A stretch of 64,000 nt of DNA from Felis catus (lineage: Eukaryota). Below the pieces are notes generated by a model. The model did not search any database, was not told where the DNA came from, and saw nothing but the letters and a program-made list of their open reading frames with translations. Location of the stretch: assembly GCF_018350175.1 (NCBI RefSeq), contig NC_058377.1, positions 99,448,001 through 99,512,000 of the forward strand, read 5' to 3'. The translations under genes and the position numbers were made by a program. Below are positions 37,216 to 51,300 of the stretch, one piece after another (within the stretch, counting starts at the first letter, position 1; the number at the start of each line of letters is the position of its first letter).

Positions 37216-38519
37216 GCGAACCGAGCAGACCGCCGGGAGGAGTGGCAGGGGAGCGGCGGGAAGGGGGAGAGGGGAGGAGAAGGGAGAGGGAGGGGCGCGC
37301 CGAGGAAGGGGGGCCGCGCAGGGCCTAGGGGCACCGCACGGAGGAGGCCCCTGCGCAGGCTGCGCAGAGCCCTGGGCTCTTCCTCATCCGTGACCTCCCT
37401 GGAGCTTCACCCTCTGGCTCCACAGAACACGCATCATCAACCCAAGTTAGCAGATGGGGAAACTGAGGCCTGAGGCAGAGGCCAAACTGGGGGTGGCCCA
37501 GGGCACTCTTCAGGCGAGCCTCCTCCCTGGTTTGAGGAGAGGGGACTGCAGCAGGACACCGACTAGACAAGCCCCTGGGCTGCAAGGACAGTAGAAGGTG
37601 AGATTTGGGCTGGGACAGATGTCCAGACTGAGTGACACTGGAGGAGGGGGGTCTGAGGAAGAGCAGGATAAAATGGGTCAATGTCACCAGTAAAGAAAGA
37701 GCTTAAAGTGACCTCGTTTTTCTTCCTTACCTCCGAATCTCAAAATTCCCATTGCTGCTTAGGAAGGAAGGAGGAAGACCAAGCCCCCAGACACCAAAGG
37801 GTCAGCCTGGACCCCCTGGGGAGGGGATGCAAAGGAAGGGATCCTTGGGGCAGAACTGGGTTTTGGCTGAGCGGGCTGCTTCCAGGGCGCCTGCAAGAAG
37901 GGAGAAGGTTGAGAAAGGCACTGGGAGGGCTCAAAAGGGCCTGTCCGCAGAGGGCCGGCCTGCCTAGCTGGGGCCAGCGTCGCAGAATCTAGTGGGACAT
38001 CAGGGCTGGGAGCAGGTGTCTTCCCGCACCTCAGCACTGATCAGAGGCCCCCAAAGTCCTCCGCTCTGGGCTTTGATCCCTGCAGCCCTCTTGGACCCCC
38101 TCATCGGCGCTGCTGATCTCCACAACAGCTGTGGAGCTGTCCCCCACCCGGCACTCAGTAGGTGTTGACTGAGTGGATGGCTTTAGAAGAGGCTGCATTC
38201 TCAGCTGCCGGGAGCGGATGCCCTCCACCTGCACCTGGTTGACACAGAAGGCCTGTGCTCTAGTCCCTGCTCTGCCACAGACCCTGTGTGTGGACCCAGA
38301 GAAGCCTAGTGCCCTGTGAGCCCTCTGTCCTCTGGACCTTTCCTTCTGGAACTCTCAAAACTTGTGTGACCCCAGTTAGTCTGATGCAGGTTAGTCCTCA
38401 CGAAGGCATTGATAATGATAATGGGCTTATTAAGTTTTCGTCAGGGTGTTAGGTGAATGATGAATGAATACGTGCCTCAATGGAAAGAAATGAATGGAGA
38501 CATTTTGGACGGAGCCCTG

Positions 38520-38939
38520 GGGGTATTTGGGGCCTGGGGTAAAGCACCTGTCTAGTCCCCATTAGATCATGACTGTCCCCTTCACCAGTTTGAAAAGCTT
38601 GGGTCACAGGCCTATGGGAGGGCATGAGGCAGGGTGAGTTAACATCCCCCAGGGAACCCTAAACCAAGCAGGGTCCAGGGGATAAATACTCCAGGTTTCA
38701 ATCCCTCAATAGGACAATTCCCAATTGCCAGACATGTTCCAGTCTCAGAGAGACTCTAGCATGAAATTGAAGTTGCCCATGTGAAAAACCTACTCATCTC
38801 TGTATGTTTTATTTCCTTTCCTCCCTTCCTTGTCTCACTGCCCCACTCCTTCACCCTGCTTCTTGGGATCACCTTTTGAACTACTTGCACCCAAATCTTT
38901 GTCTCAAGGTGTGTTTTGGGGGGAACCCAAACTAAGACA
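38520..38939 (+). mobile_element. LTR16-like (ERVL) solo LTR
   Basis: Characteristic 3' end GGGGAACCCAAACTAAGACA. Confidence 0.65.
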
Positions 38940-39817
38940 ATGAACAATAACTGGGTCTTAAACTGTGGTAAGTGCTTTTTCACATCCATTACTTTAATTT
39001 TCTTAACATCTCCTGAAGTACATACCATTTACAAATGAGGAATGAAGAGGTTATACGTGGGGGCAGGATTTAAATCCAGGTCTGTTTAGCTCTAAGACCA
39101 GGTCCTTAACTAGTATGTTCAGCAGCCTCCCTAATTCTCTGATCCTCTTTGGGTCTTACATTGTCATCTGTAAAACAAGGGATGGGCTCTTGAGTTTGAA
39201 GGGAGACAAGGTACTCAGTTTCTTCTGAAGCTAGGCATGGTCGAGGAGGTGTAATCAGAAGCTGTTGGGATGGACTCAGAAGCTTGAAAGGGATGGACTC
39301 AGCTCAGAGATCCTTTATTTTGCCCTCCCTTTTCTCTTCCCCCTTTTTGGAATGTATACACGAAGGCTGGAGCCCCAGTTGCCATCTTGGGCCAGGAGAC
39401 ACAATGAAGTGTTCTAAGGTGCAGTCTTAGGTAGGTGCTCAGGAAGAAGCTGAGATGAAAAACACCTAGAGACCCTACTCTCTAGGAGCTAATCATTTAG
39501 TGGGAGCGGCTGGATGTGGATTGAAAGAATCATAGTGGGTGAAAAGAGATCAGCTCCAAGAGGGAGCTACAAAGTGCTACAAGAGCTCAGGGAGGGAGAA
39601 ACTCCACTGGAGGATTAAGGAAGATGTCCCAGAGGAGGCTCTCTCTCTTTCTCTTTCTTTTCTTTTTTCTTTTCTTTCTTTCCTCTCTCTCTCTCCCTCT
39701 TTTTAAAAATTTTAAGTAAGCTCTACACCCAAAATGGAGCTTGAACTCAGAACCCTGAGATCAAGAGTCACATGCTTCACCAACTGAGCCAGCCAGGTGC
39801 CCTATAAAGAAGGCGAT

Positions 39818-39831
39818 TTCTTTTTCTTTCT

Positions 39832-39864
<33 letters not shown>

Positions 39865-39900
39865 TTTCTTTCTTTTTCTTTCTTTCTTCTTTCTTTCTTT
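39818..39900. repeat. Compound (CTTT)n microsatellite derived from a SINE tail
   Basis: Imperfect tetranucleotide run. Confidence 0.85.
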
Positions 39901-42900
39901 CGTATTTGAGAGAGAGAGAGCACAAGCAGGGGAGGGGCAGAGAGAGAGGAAGAGAGAGAGAATCCCAAGCTGTCAGTGAGGAGCCCGATGCAGGGCTCAA
40001 AGGAACTCACAAACCATGAGATCATGACCTGAGTGGAAATCAAGGCTGCTGAGCCACCTAGGCGCCCTGAGAAGGCGATTTCTAGATAATGGCAAGGATT
40101 TGACAGTGAGATGGAAGAGTGAGGGGTGGAATCCAATCAAAGGTAAGAATAGGAACAAAGGTGTGGAGGTGACATAGACAGGGCTTGGGGAGGAGACCTC
40201 GCATGGCTCAGCTCAGGAGGGAAGGGGTTGTGAGTGGAAGCTATGGCAGGTGAGCTGTGTGGGCTTAAATGCCGAGCTAAGGAGCTCGGGCTGTCCTGCA
40301 GCAGAGGGGACAGTACTCAGAGCCGTAAAGATTACTCTGGCTGAAAGACAGGAGACCGAACCAGGGAGACCTGCAAGAAAACACTCCAAGTGTGCAGATG
40401 AATCTAAACTATACGGGGCTAGTCAGAAAGGAAAAGCAAGGGAGGACACGGATGGGAGAGAGAGACTCAGCGACAGAGAGAGAGCACCCGCACCAGCTCA
40501 CAATTTAATTAGCTTCCTGGTTTGCCGGTGGATTACAGGGGAATTAGCAGAGCTCAGAGTCTAGGGACCTTGCTGGGAGTTGAGGGGAAGTTAATGAGAA
40601 AGACAACAACACACCCCAGGGAGAAATGATAGAGGAGGAATTGTTAGCCCCGCTGAGAAGCCGGCGGGAGAAACAGATGTCAGGGCGCAGAGTCTCCGCC
40701 CTGTTCAGAGATTTCAACCCACTAGGGGGATAGAACTTAGCGCTCCTGGGTAGGGCTTCAGCTCCAAAGCCCAGGGTTCCAGGAGTTCCCGAATGCCTGG
40801 GAAATGAGCCCAGCCGGGGAGAGCTGGGACTGGCTGTGAGGATCAGGTTCCCAACTCTGCCTTGGCCTTTTCCCAGAGGGGGAACTGAACCCCCAGCCTC
40901 CTTTTGCAGATAGACAGGTTGAGGCCCTGGATGGGGAGGTGACCCGCTCCTGGCCGGATGTGACAATGGCATTTCCCAAAGACAGCTGTGACAATATCCC
41001 CCCCCCCCCATGCTCTTTTCATACTGTGACCTTGCCACTCCCAAGAGGAGGACTTGGGTTGGTCATAAAGGGTGGTGCTGCCTCTGCCTGGTGGTGAGGC
41101 TCTATCTTGAAACTATCATGATGTGAGAAAGCCCAGGCTCCATGGAAAGGCCACATGTAGATGTGGTGGCCAACAGCCCCCTTCAGGACCACCTCCCAGA
41201 TTTGCAAGGTCCAGAGCAAAATAAAAATGCTGGGCCTCTTGTTCAAAAATTGAGAATTTATTTTTTCGGGGGGGGGGGTATCTGGGTGGCTAAGTCGGTT
41301 GAGCATCTAACTTCGGCTCAGGTCACATCTCACAGTTCGTGAGTTCAAGCCCTGGGTTGGGCTCTGCGCTGACAGCTCAGAGCCTGGAGCCGGCTTCAGA
41401 TTCTGTGTCTCCCTCGCTCTCTGCCCCTCCCCCATGCGCTCTCTCTCTCTCAAAAAATGAATAAACATTAAAAAAAATTATTTTTTTAAGCTTATTTACT
41501 TAGAGAGAGAGTGAGCATGGAGGAGGGGCAGAGAGAGAGGGAAAGAGGGTGGGGGGTGGGGGGGGTGGAGGGAGAGAATCCCAAGCAGGCTCCTCACTGT
41601 CAGTGTGGAGCCCGACTTGGGGCTTTAATTCAGGAACTGTGAGATCATGACCTGAGCCAAAATCAAGAGTGAGACACTTAATTGACTGAGCCACCCAGGT
41701 GCCCCCCCCCCCAAATTAAGAATTTAAATGGTGACAATAGAGCATTCAACCAGGCATTGAGCCCTTGGAAGGCTGCATCCCAAGAAGCTGGCCCTGACCC
41801 TAGCGGGGGTTCCAGCATCGCCTGCTCACGGTCTGAGGGAGCCTTCAAGACGACTCTGTGCCCAGCCACCCTGACTGCAACTATGTGCCAGGCTGACAGG
41901 GGGTAGAAAGGATTGTTTGGAGCTGTAACTTTTGGGTTACTGTAGCAGCAGATAGAATACTGGGGGCTGAAACTGGGATGAAGACGTGGGACAGTTCTCC
42001 CCAAACCCAGGCTCATTCTCTGAGCTGCTGTCGCGAGTTCTCTTTGGTCCATGTTGATAGAGAAAACCGGAGGTACAAATAACTCCCGACCGTTGGAGAC
42101 CCAAATCCCGACGTTTGGCCATGGAGCGCTGTATGTTGACATTGTGACACATCCTTGGGGGTGAATGTCAGCTTTTCAATCGGAAAAGGCTGGGACAAGA
42201 CCCACTCTTCCATGAGCTAAAACAGTGGTGGCAGTGGCCTTGGCAGGAGACAACAGTTAGGTCTCCATGACTCGAAGGAGCCTCAGGGAGCAACAGGTGC
42301 TGGGAAGGAGAGGAGGCAGAGAAGGAAAGGAAAGGTATGTCCTGCCAAGGTGGGGAAGGGAGAGTATCCCTGTGGCCCCATGGCATGTCGATCCCTGTTT
42401 CTGACAATAGTGTCCTTTGAGGACAGGCATTGCATTCTGATTCTGACTGGGGGGGGGGGGGTGCGCGCGCGCGCATGCATGTTTAGTGGAGGCAGCGGTG
42501 CGGGTGGGGTTTGAATCACTTTGCTTGTGTCTTCCAGTGCAGTGGCAGCCAGTGGGCGGTCAGGAGGGTTTGGGTGATTGCCGGGGAGAGCTGGGGACAT
42601 GAACATTGCCCACAGCCCAGCTGAGTGACAGTTGGAGGAGGAGGGAAGGGGCAGGGAGAGACATGAGTGACACAGAGCAATTTATCATTGCCACCTGTTT
42701 TTTAAAGAGTAGCCAGAGTAAAAAAACACCGATAAAGTGCAGTGGGAGCACTAGGAAAACAAACTAATTCCAAGTGGAGGGATTCAGCAAGAGATAATGA
42801 ATGAAGTGGCACCTAAAGAAGTCATGAAGTCTGCACTAGACCTTGACGGGTCACAAGAGATGGGAAAAGCATCCTGGAGAAAGGACAGGGAGCAGGGGAA

Positions 42901-43814
42901 TCCCCCAGGAGGCGATACAGTTATGGTAAAGAGCAGTGACTGGCATTGGACGGCTTGGGTTTGAATCCCAGCTCCGTCACTAATGGTGTGACCTCAAGTT
43001 CCCCCACTTGTGAGATTTGGACAAGAAAAGTATCTGTACCTCATTGTCTTGTCGATGGCATTGAAGGACATACTCAATGTAAAGTACATATGAGTATTAC
43101 ATACTCAGTGTAAATACATTCAGCACAGAGCCCGGCCTGTTGTAAGCACTCAGTATGTGCTATCACTACTGCCTGGCGTGTTTGAAAAATGAAGAATAAT
43201 CTTGGTGTGGCTTGTAGTACGGACTCCAGGGATGTTGCCAGGAGGCAGGTCCAGAAAAATGGGTTTTGAGTTTGATCATGAAGGATTTTAAGTGCCAGGC
43301 TAAGCTGTCTAGACTTTATTCTGGTAGCCAGTGGATCTCAATCCTGTCTGACCTCATTTCTTTTATTGCAAGTATTTTGTAATGCCTCCTTTCCTACGTT
43401 GAAATGAAATTCATAGAGAATGAAGTCTATTGGCACATAATTTCAAAAAAATCAAGATAACGCTCCAAGTGTGATATAAAGGAGAAAAAACAATTTTAAT
43501 AAAATGTTTTTCAATACGCAAATACTTTCACATTGCCACACTAGAATAAATACCAAATAGATGGACGTTCATACTTCTGGCATAGAATCTTCCGTAGAAT
43601 CACCACGAATGCAACAACTACAAACACAGGTGGATACAAAGGTGTGCTGTCCAGAGCCCCCAGTACCATCATTATGTCTAAAACAGTGAATGATTCTTGG
43701 CGAAACTTCAGACAAAACAAATTACAACCCTTCCTCAATTTACAGGGAAGTTATATTCCTGGAAAATCCAGTGTACATTAAAGTTATGCAAAAAGCTTGT
43801 TTTGTATGTAAAAA

Positions 43815-43816
<2 letters not shown>

Positions 43817-43864
<48 letters not shown>
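43817..43864. repeat. (GT)n microsatellite, about 24 units
   Basis: Perfect dinucleotide run. Confidence 0.95.
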
Positions 43865-43865
<1 letters not shown>

Positions 43866-45019
43866 GTAAGGAATGAGAGCTCATGTTTCACTTTATCAAC
43901 TGTCCTAAACATGATAGGACGTCTACCATTCCTGGCTACTGCTCACTAGATGCCAGGAGTGTCCCTCAATCATTGTGACAACCAAAAATGCCCTCCTACA
44001 TTTCCTAACCACCCTCACCTCCTGCTTTGGGCAATATGGGATTAGGAGGGGGCATGCTCTCTCCTCTTGGATTTATGTAACCTTTTGTGAGAAGACGATG
44101 CTTAGAGCTACTGCCACCATCTCACAACCATGTGGGGGAAAGTGTGGGACAAAAGCTAATAAACTGGGGATGACAGAATGGACAGAGATGTCAAGTATCA
44201 TGGCACTTGATGATATCACCGAGCCACTGACTTAACACATTCTGGATTTACTCTATCTATGGACCTCTCCTTATGGGAGAGGATAAATCCACTTTTTGGT
44301 TGAGCCATTGTGAGTTGAATCCTCTGTTTCTTTCTTTTTTTTTTAAATGTGTATTTATTTTTCAGACAGAGAGGGCACAAGTGGGGGAGGGGAAGAAAGA
44401 GACAGAGACAGAGGATTCGAAGAGGTGGGCTCTGTGCTGACAGCAGAGAGCCCGATGTGGGGCTCAAACTCATGAACTGTGAGATCGTGACCTGAGCCGA
44501 AGTGGGACACTTGACCGACTGAGCCACCCAAGTGTGCTGAATCCTGTTTCTTGCAGCTAAAAGTATTCTAGCCTTTACAAGTTATTTCCCCCTCTCTGGG
44601 TCTTCTTCACAGTCTAGGGCCTGTGAGTCTCTGAAGGGAAAATAAGAGGGTGTGGGGACTAGAATGAAGGGGTTGGGAAGGAGCTGGAAGAGTCTACCTC
44701 TTGCACCGGTTATCTGGGAGGAGAGTGAAGGAGGAGTGGATTCAGTCTGGGTAAGATGATGAGTGGCTCCACGTCGGGCATTTAGATCACACAAGATTTT
44801 GTGGATGGAAAATTAGACTTACATGGTATCATCAGTTCGGTAAAAATACAATTACGTAGGAAAAGATCAGATGAATAGACACCAAAATATTTAGTTATTT
44901 ATGGTAGGCTCAGCGATGTTTCTTTTCTCCGTATATTTTTTTCCATGTCCCAAACTTTTTACAATATTTATTGATTTCATTTGAAATGTAATTTAAAATA
45001 TCAATAAACTACAATTTCT

Positions 45020-46500
45020 CTCACATGTATCAAAAGATGTAGATCAGTGGAATGGAATGTAAAATCCAGTATTAGATTCAAATACATACTGGAATTAGAA
45101 TATTATAGAAGTGGGATTTTAAGTTTGTTTGTTTGTTTGTTTATTTTTTAATAGTCTCTACACCCAATGTGGGGCTTGAACTCACAACCCCAAGATCAAG
45201 AGTCACATGCTTTTCTGACCGAGCCAACCAGGCGCCCCTAAAAGTGGGATTTTAAGTCAGAGAAGAAAAGACACACAATCAATAAATTGTATGTGAACAA
45301 TGTGTAGCCATTTGGAAAAAAGATAAGTTGGATCCATACATCACGTCTTATACCAAAACAAGTAACAAATGGATCACATATTCAAATGTAAAAATGAAAC
45401 CAAAAACGGACTGACTGAAAGAAATCAAGTGATAACTTTTTTAAATTTCAGAGTGAAGAACTTCTTTTTAAATAATTTTTTAAAAATGCTTACTTATTTT
45501 TGAGAGAGAGAGAGAGTACAAGCTGGGGAGGGGCAGAGAGAGAGGGGGACAGAGGATCTGAAGCAGGCTCTGTGCTGACAGCACAGAGCTTGATGTGGGG
45601 CTCGAACTCACTAACAGTGAGATCACGACCTAAGCTGAAGCCGGAGGCTCAACCGACTGAGTCACCCACGTGCCCCCAGAGTGAAGAACTTTGAAGTATG
45701 ACACAAAATCCAGAAGTCATAAAAAATATTAATGGATCCATTTTCCTACAGCTCAGAAGAGAAACATATTTACATGGCAAAAGTGCCAGAAACAAAATCA
45801 AAAGACAAACTATAAGAAGGAAGACACATTTGTAACTCATATCACAAAGAGCAAATGTCTTTAGTATATAAAGAGTTCTGAGAAAAAGACAACTCAGTGG
45901 AAAAGTGGTAAAAAATATAGTAAATAAAAAAGAAACTACAAGTAACTATTAGAATCAAAAAATCACAGTAAGATGCCACTATTTTTTCGACCCTCTCAGG
46001 TTGTCAAAGAACAGCAAGGTTTATAACACAACTATTGGTCTGGAGGTGGAAAAACACATTCATACACTGCTAGTGGGAGCTTCAACTGGAACAGTTCTGG
46101 GCAACTGGACAATACCTACAAAATTTAAAAGTATACGTGCTCTTTGACTCAGTGGTTCCACTTCTCGAAAGCTGTTTCTCGGATACTTGCCCGCACGTTT
46201 GCAATGACACGTTCTTCACTGTAGTATTGTTTGTAATTGCAGAGTTACTGGAAATAACATACATGTCCCGCAACAGAGGACCCACTGAATAAATTCTGAT
46301 ATATCTCTACGCAATAGAATACTATGCGCCCTTTACAGAAGAATGACGAATCATTTCATATATGGGATGTAAAACAGTGTCTAAGATTTACTGTTAAGAA
46401 AAAAAAACCAACAAAAAACAAAGTGGACAGTATACAGTATGCGATCACTTAGGTGAAAAAAAAAAAAAGGATGCATTTGCATCGACTACCTCTCAAGGGA
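45020..46500 (+). mobile_element. Ancient L1 ORF2/3' fragments interrupted by SINEs
   Basis: Degenerate L1-like A-rich sequence (AGCCATTTGGAAAAA...CTTATACCAAAA; AATAGAATACTATGC). Confidence 0.6.
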
Positions 46501-46782
46501 TCTACTATAAACCATTAACAGGAGGCGGAGTCCTCCTGGGGAGGGAGGCATGGTTATAAGGAGGGAGAGTTACTTTTCAGTCTCATCCTTTTGCACCTAA
46601 AATAAGAAGGGGTGGGGAGAAACCACTGTCTGTTCTGGTAGCTACTCCATTCCTACTGGTTTCTGTTCCAACAGACATTGGCTGGAAGCCCTCGGCCTTT
46701 TCCACGGGCACCAGCGTCAAGTCAAAATTCCTTCACTCTGTGCTTGTGCAGCCGATTAAAAACTAAAAGAAAATCTAAATGC

Positions 46783-47020
46783 AGGTCTTTCCAAGACTGG
46801 AAAATGCTACGCTGCTGGCTTTGAGGATGGATGAAGAAGCCACAAGCCAAGGAACACAGCAGCCTTGAGAAGCTTGGCACGGCGGTGGCATAATACGGCC
46901 CTAGAGCCTCCAGGGGAAATGCAGCCTTGCCGACCCCTCCATCTGAACCCCGTAAGACCCATCTCCAGACTTGTGGCCTGCAGAACTAGAAGACAATACA
47001 GCTGTACTGTTTTAAGCTAA
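46783..47020 (+). mobile_element. MLT1 (MaLR) LTR fragment
   Basis: GCTGGCTTTGAGGATGGA...GCCAAGGAA...CTAGAGCCTCCAG...TGTTTTAAGC. Confidence 0.7.
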
Positions 47021-48086
47021 AATAAATAGATGAAAGAAACGCAAGTGTTTCCACTGCTTGTTAATTCATCCCGTTAGTTCCAGCCCCCCCTTTTCAAGAT
47101 ATTTTAGAATCTTGATTCTGACATCCAAATGTTAACTTTCCCTCCCAATAGCAGTGCCATCTGCTAATATGGTGAGTGTAGCAGGCACGGAAAACTACCG
47201 AGCTGACCAAATGCACAGTCAGAAGCAGGGAACTCTAAGATTTCTCCCCAGATGTGCATCAAGCGAGTAACCAACTGGGGGGAAAGGGAGGGGACAGTGA
47301 TTAACGGGCTATAAATTCCCCTGACTGGGCCATCTCTGAGACCACGGTTTCCCTAGCTGTCTCCTCAATCGGGAAACATCTGATGTCTAACTGGAAACAA
47401 GGCACACCACATACAGGGAATTTTCCTAGTGGCCATCCAAATAAATAATAGATTATTGTTGGTGTTGTCATCTACCGTATCTTGCTCTTAGCGAAGGCAC
47501 CAATTCTTTTTCTAGGTGTTCCCAAGCCCACAGTTTAATATTACATTCTAGAAAAAATCCGGGGGGAATTCACCTCAAATATACCCACCTCGAGTTTCCA
47601 GAATCTACCTTTTCCTCTTTTCTCAATGTCAGGACATCTGCAACCTCAGGCACTGTGGCCTCCTTCTTTTTCTCCCCCCGCGTTCTGACCTCCCTTGGCA
47701 AGGGTTCCAGGATCTTATCTGCACAGGCTTTTCAATGCTCTGGGACTTGCAGCTCATTTTAAATGGCGAGGTGCTTAGGTTTTCTCTTACTACCTTCTCT
47801 TCTATTTGGAGTTTTGATGTCCTTTAAATTATATTTTGCTTTACTCGACCCAATTTAGTAATGCTTTTCCCCAGGGGAGAATGAAGCAAATCGGGGCTGA
47901 GTGTTTTGCTTTCTGACTGCTAACCTGACACCTTCAGCCCCAAGTGGAACCCTATGTAATAAATTCTCTCTTTATTCCTCTCGGTCTGAACATAACCAAA
48001 GGCATCTTTTATTGTCTGCACCTTTGCCAAGTCTCAATTTGTCCAGGAATTCCCTTCCTTCCTTCCATCTCTTACACCCTCGCTTT

Positions 48087-48119
48087 TTTTTTTTTTAATG
48101 TTTTTATTTATTTTTGAAG

Positions 48120-48160
<41 letters not shown>

Positions 48161-48326
48161 AGAGAGCATGAGTGGGGTAGGGGCAGAGAGAGAGGGAGAC
48201 CCAGAATCGGAAACAGGCTCCAAGCTGTCAGCACAGAGCCTGATGCGGGGCTCAAACTCACAGACCACGAGATCATGACCTGAGCCAAAGTTGGACGCTT
48301 AACCGACTGAGCCACCCAGGCGCCCC
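48087..48326 (-). mobile_element. Felid Can-SINE
   Basis: TSD TTACACCCTC(G/C)CTTTT. Confidence 0.88.
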
Positions 48327-51300
48327 TTACACCCTCCCTTTTGATGTTTGGGTCTGTCAGAGAGCTTTCTATAGAGGCAAGTCGGTCTCCTCAGCTCACC
48401 GCCTTTTACTGCGCAAGGATGTCCGCAGAGGGCTCGTCCTAATTTTCCATTTTAGAGCCTTTTATCCCTCTCATGCCACATGCCCACTGAAGTCTCTAAA
48501 CGTGGGATCGTAACTTTTCTCCAACCTCTCCAACTGATTTTCTAAGACGATTCATCCATCCATTCCATGCCCTACGCTGCCCTTCCTTCTCCAACCAACT
48601 TTCTCCTGTGGTCCCTGGGACACCAGCTGCACCAGGCAATTCATTCCCTTGGTCGGAAAAGTGAGCACGGGGGGCGCTCATCTGTCAGTCTCACTCAAAG
48701 GCTCCTTGTGACTGGTCTCCCCCAGGTTGGCAGTGAGCTGCAGTGCCAACTGCACAGGATCTGGAGTCAAACGTATCTGGGTCTAAATTCTAGCGCAGTT
48801 CCTTACTAGCAAGTTCAAAACTGAGCTCCACTTTTTCACGCCTGAACCAATGATATTCTCTGGCTGACGGGGTGACTGAAATAATCTGTGTACATCCCGG
48901 TGCACAGCTTTCACATCTACCCCTGTGCTCATCTCAGGTTCAGGCGTTTTCAGAGGTGCATACACGCCCTTGGTGGACTGTTTCCCTTTCTATTTCAAAC
49001 TGTTTCCTTTGGTCAGGCTGTGGTGTCTTTACTTGGAGAACCTTCCTTGGATGCGCCATGCTCCTCGAGCTCAAAGGACATAGTTCCAGTGGGGGTGGAC
49101 CCTGGATCCTGACCCCTGCAGGCTGGGCCTGTGACCCAGGTCTGGCCAGGAGAGTGGCGGAGTACTCCAGACAGACTGAGTGGTTTACAGATTGACCTGT
49201 GTTTTGAGCCAAAGTCCTGCAGGGGATTTTTACTGGGGCTTCCCTAGAAGATGTTTGCTTGTTCTCTGGAACTACGAGCTCTAAGAAATCACGTGAGCAG
49301 AGCTGTCATTTGGCTTCTTGCTGCGATGCCGAGGGAGCCTGTGTGGGAAACCAGGCAGACGGGCCGGTGGGCCGAAGGGATGAGAATGGGAATCCTGATG
49401 CCCATGTTTCACCGCTGGATTAACCACTGGCCACTTGTGACGTGGGCCAATAAATGCCTTTTCTTAATGAAGCCAGTTTGTTGGGCTTCTGAGTATGCAA
49501 GCATGACCTACGACATTGACCCTTTCACTCTTACAGAGTCTCGAGTTCCCTCTGATCAGGTCTCATGTTTGACTCCTCATTTAAGTCTGCTCCCATATAT
49601 TTATGCAGACAAAATTAGCATATACATGGCACACTTAGAAATTCCTCAGACTTGCAGACCCAGGTCTGAATCCTGGCTTTGTCATTTACCAGTTTGGAGT
49701 AGGCAACATAACCCTTCTGAGCTTCACTTTCCGCAGGAAAACGGGGATTACCTGGGGATTTTTGCTTATGTGGGTGTTTTGTGGGTGTGGGCTAATACAC
49801 TGGCAGGACATGTAAACAGACCACCGAAACAATCCTACTATTAGGTGGTAGGTACATTTATGTGACTTCTCAATACCTTGTACTCTGCCCACTGGTCTAC
49901 AGATCCCGAATTCACTTATGTTTCCCACACTTCTTCCCACGTCGCATCTCTTAGCCACCAAGGTCTCCAGGTTTATCGAGGACAGGAACTCGTAGGCTTT
50001 GGGAAGAGATGGGAGAGGAGGAGGTGGACGGGAATTTCAAAGTTCGAATGGAGGAGAGGTGGAATCAGGCTTGTTTAAAACGTTGGCGACTGCAGAAGTT
50101 GACACCCACTCGCTACTTATAAATAACCCTGTCTCTCAGCTTGGCTCCGCCTGCACGAAGCTTCATGGAAGATAACAGAGAGCAGCTGCTGCTAGGCAAA
50201 CATGTGCGGCGCAGGGGAGGTGGCAGGAGGAAAACTGGGACTGGCTCGTGCTCAGGGTGGAATGATCTAAGGATGCGAGGGGTAATCTTAGGCAGCCGGG
50301 TCAAAAAGGGCATTTTATCCGTCGCTGGAGGCCCGTGGAGGCAGAGAGACGCTGTGGGGTCCGCAATCCCCCCGCCCCGGGGCGCGCTGTGGAGCCCCAG
50401 CTTTATCTGGTTAGTGCCTCCTGGCCCGCGCTGGCAGCAGGAAGACAAGATAGAAGGCTGCTGCCCAGCAGAGATGTACACCTGGGCGCTGGGGTTGCGG
50501 GGATGACAAAGTCAAGAGGCATTTCTGGGAATCCAGCTGGGACTTCTCAGAAGTAGGGGGAGAGGCAGAGAGGACTCGAAGTCTTCTCCAGGATTTCCAG
50601 TCTGGGAAACAGGGCGACCACGAAGGGTTGAGTCAAGTTCGAGAATGCAAGCACCACCAGGGCAGGCTTGGGGAGAGGGGCTCAGATGTATCTCGGTCTG
50701 AGGTTCCCGAAGCACGTCCATTCATTCAACCCTTACTGCGTCCCACGTCAGAGTCCATTCTGGGTGTTCATTTCGTGGCAGAAACACAGCTTAGACGAAA
50801 GGGTAGGGCTGATAGAGACGCAATGTCCCTTGCCCTCAACTCTAGCGTCTGCTGACCCTGTGACCCTGTCCCTATCGTCTGTACTTGTAAAGCACCCCCC
50901 CCTTTTAATCTTTTAAATAACAACAGCTCCCAAAACCAAATGTACCCCATCAGACACTGCGCTACATTTAACACTCCAATAGGAAAAGTAGTATTCTCAT
51001 TTTAGAGACGAGGAGCCCGAGGCTTAAAACCATCAAGCGACTTGCCCAAGTCCGCACGGCCGCTAAGTGACAAGGCTGGAAATTGCTCCCAGGATCCTCA
51101 CTGTCCTTAAAAAAACCACCTCAGACGCCACTCCTTCGTGAAGTCCTCCCCGAGTCCCCCCGACAGGCTGTGAACGTGGCCTCCCGTGGATCCCACGGGG
51201 CTTGGTTTCAGCTTCTGCTGGCACACAGGCTGCTCTGTGCAAGCCACACGGCGGGCGTGGAGATTCGGGGAGGGCCCTTGCAGCACACCAGGCTCTGCTG

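Larger units (their letters stand above)
36900..37370. promoter_or_regulatory. CpG island / C1QTNF4 promoter
   Basis: Dense CpG, GGC repeat, purine-rich upstream tract. Confidence 0.75.

Noticed and set aside
48409-48421. 13-nt match to U6 snRNA (CTGCGCAAGGATG)
   Set aside because: Flanks do not continue the U6 sequence; consistent with chance.
49251-49844. 197-aa ORF
   Set aside because: Overlaps MaLR/MIR-like remnants, with no recognisable domain or exon structure.
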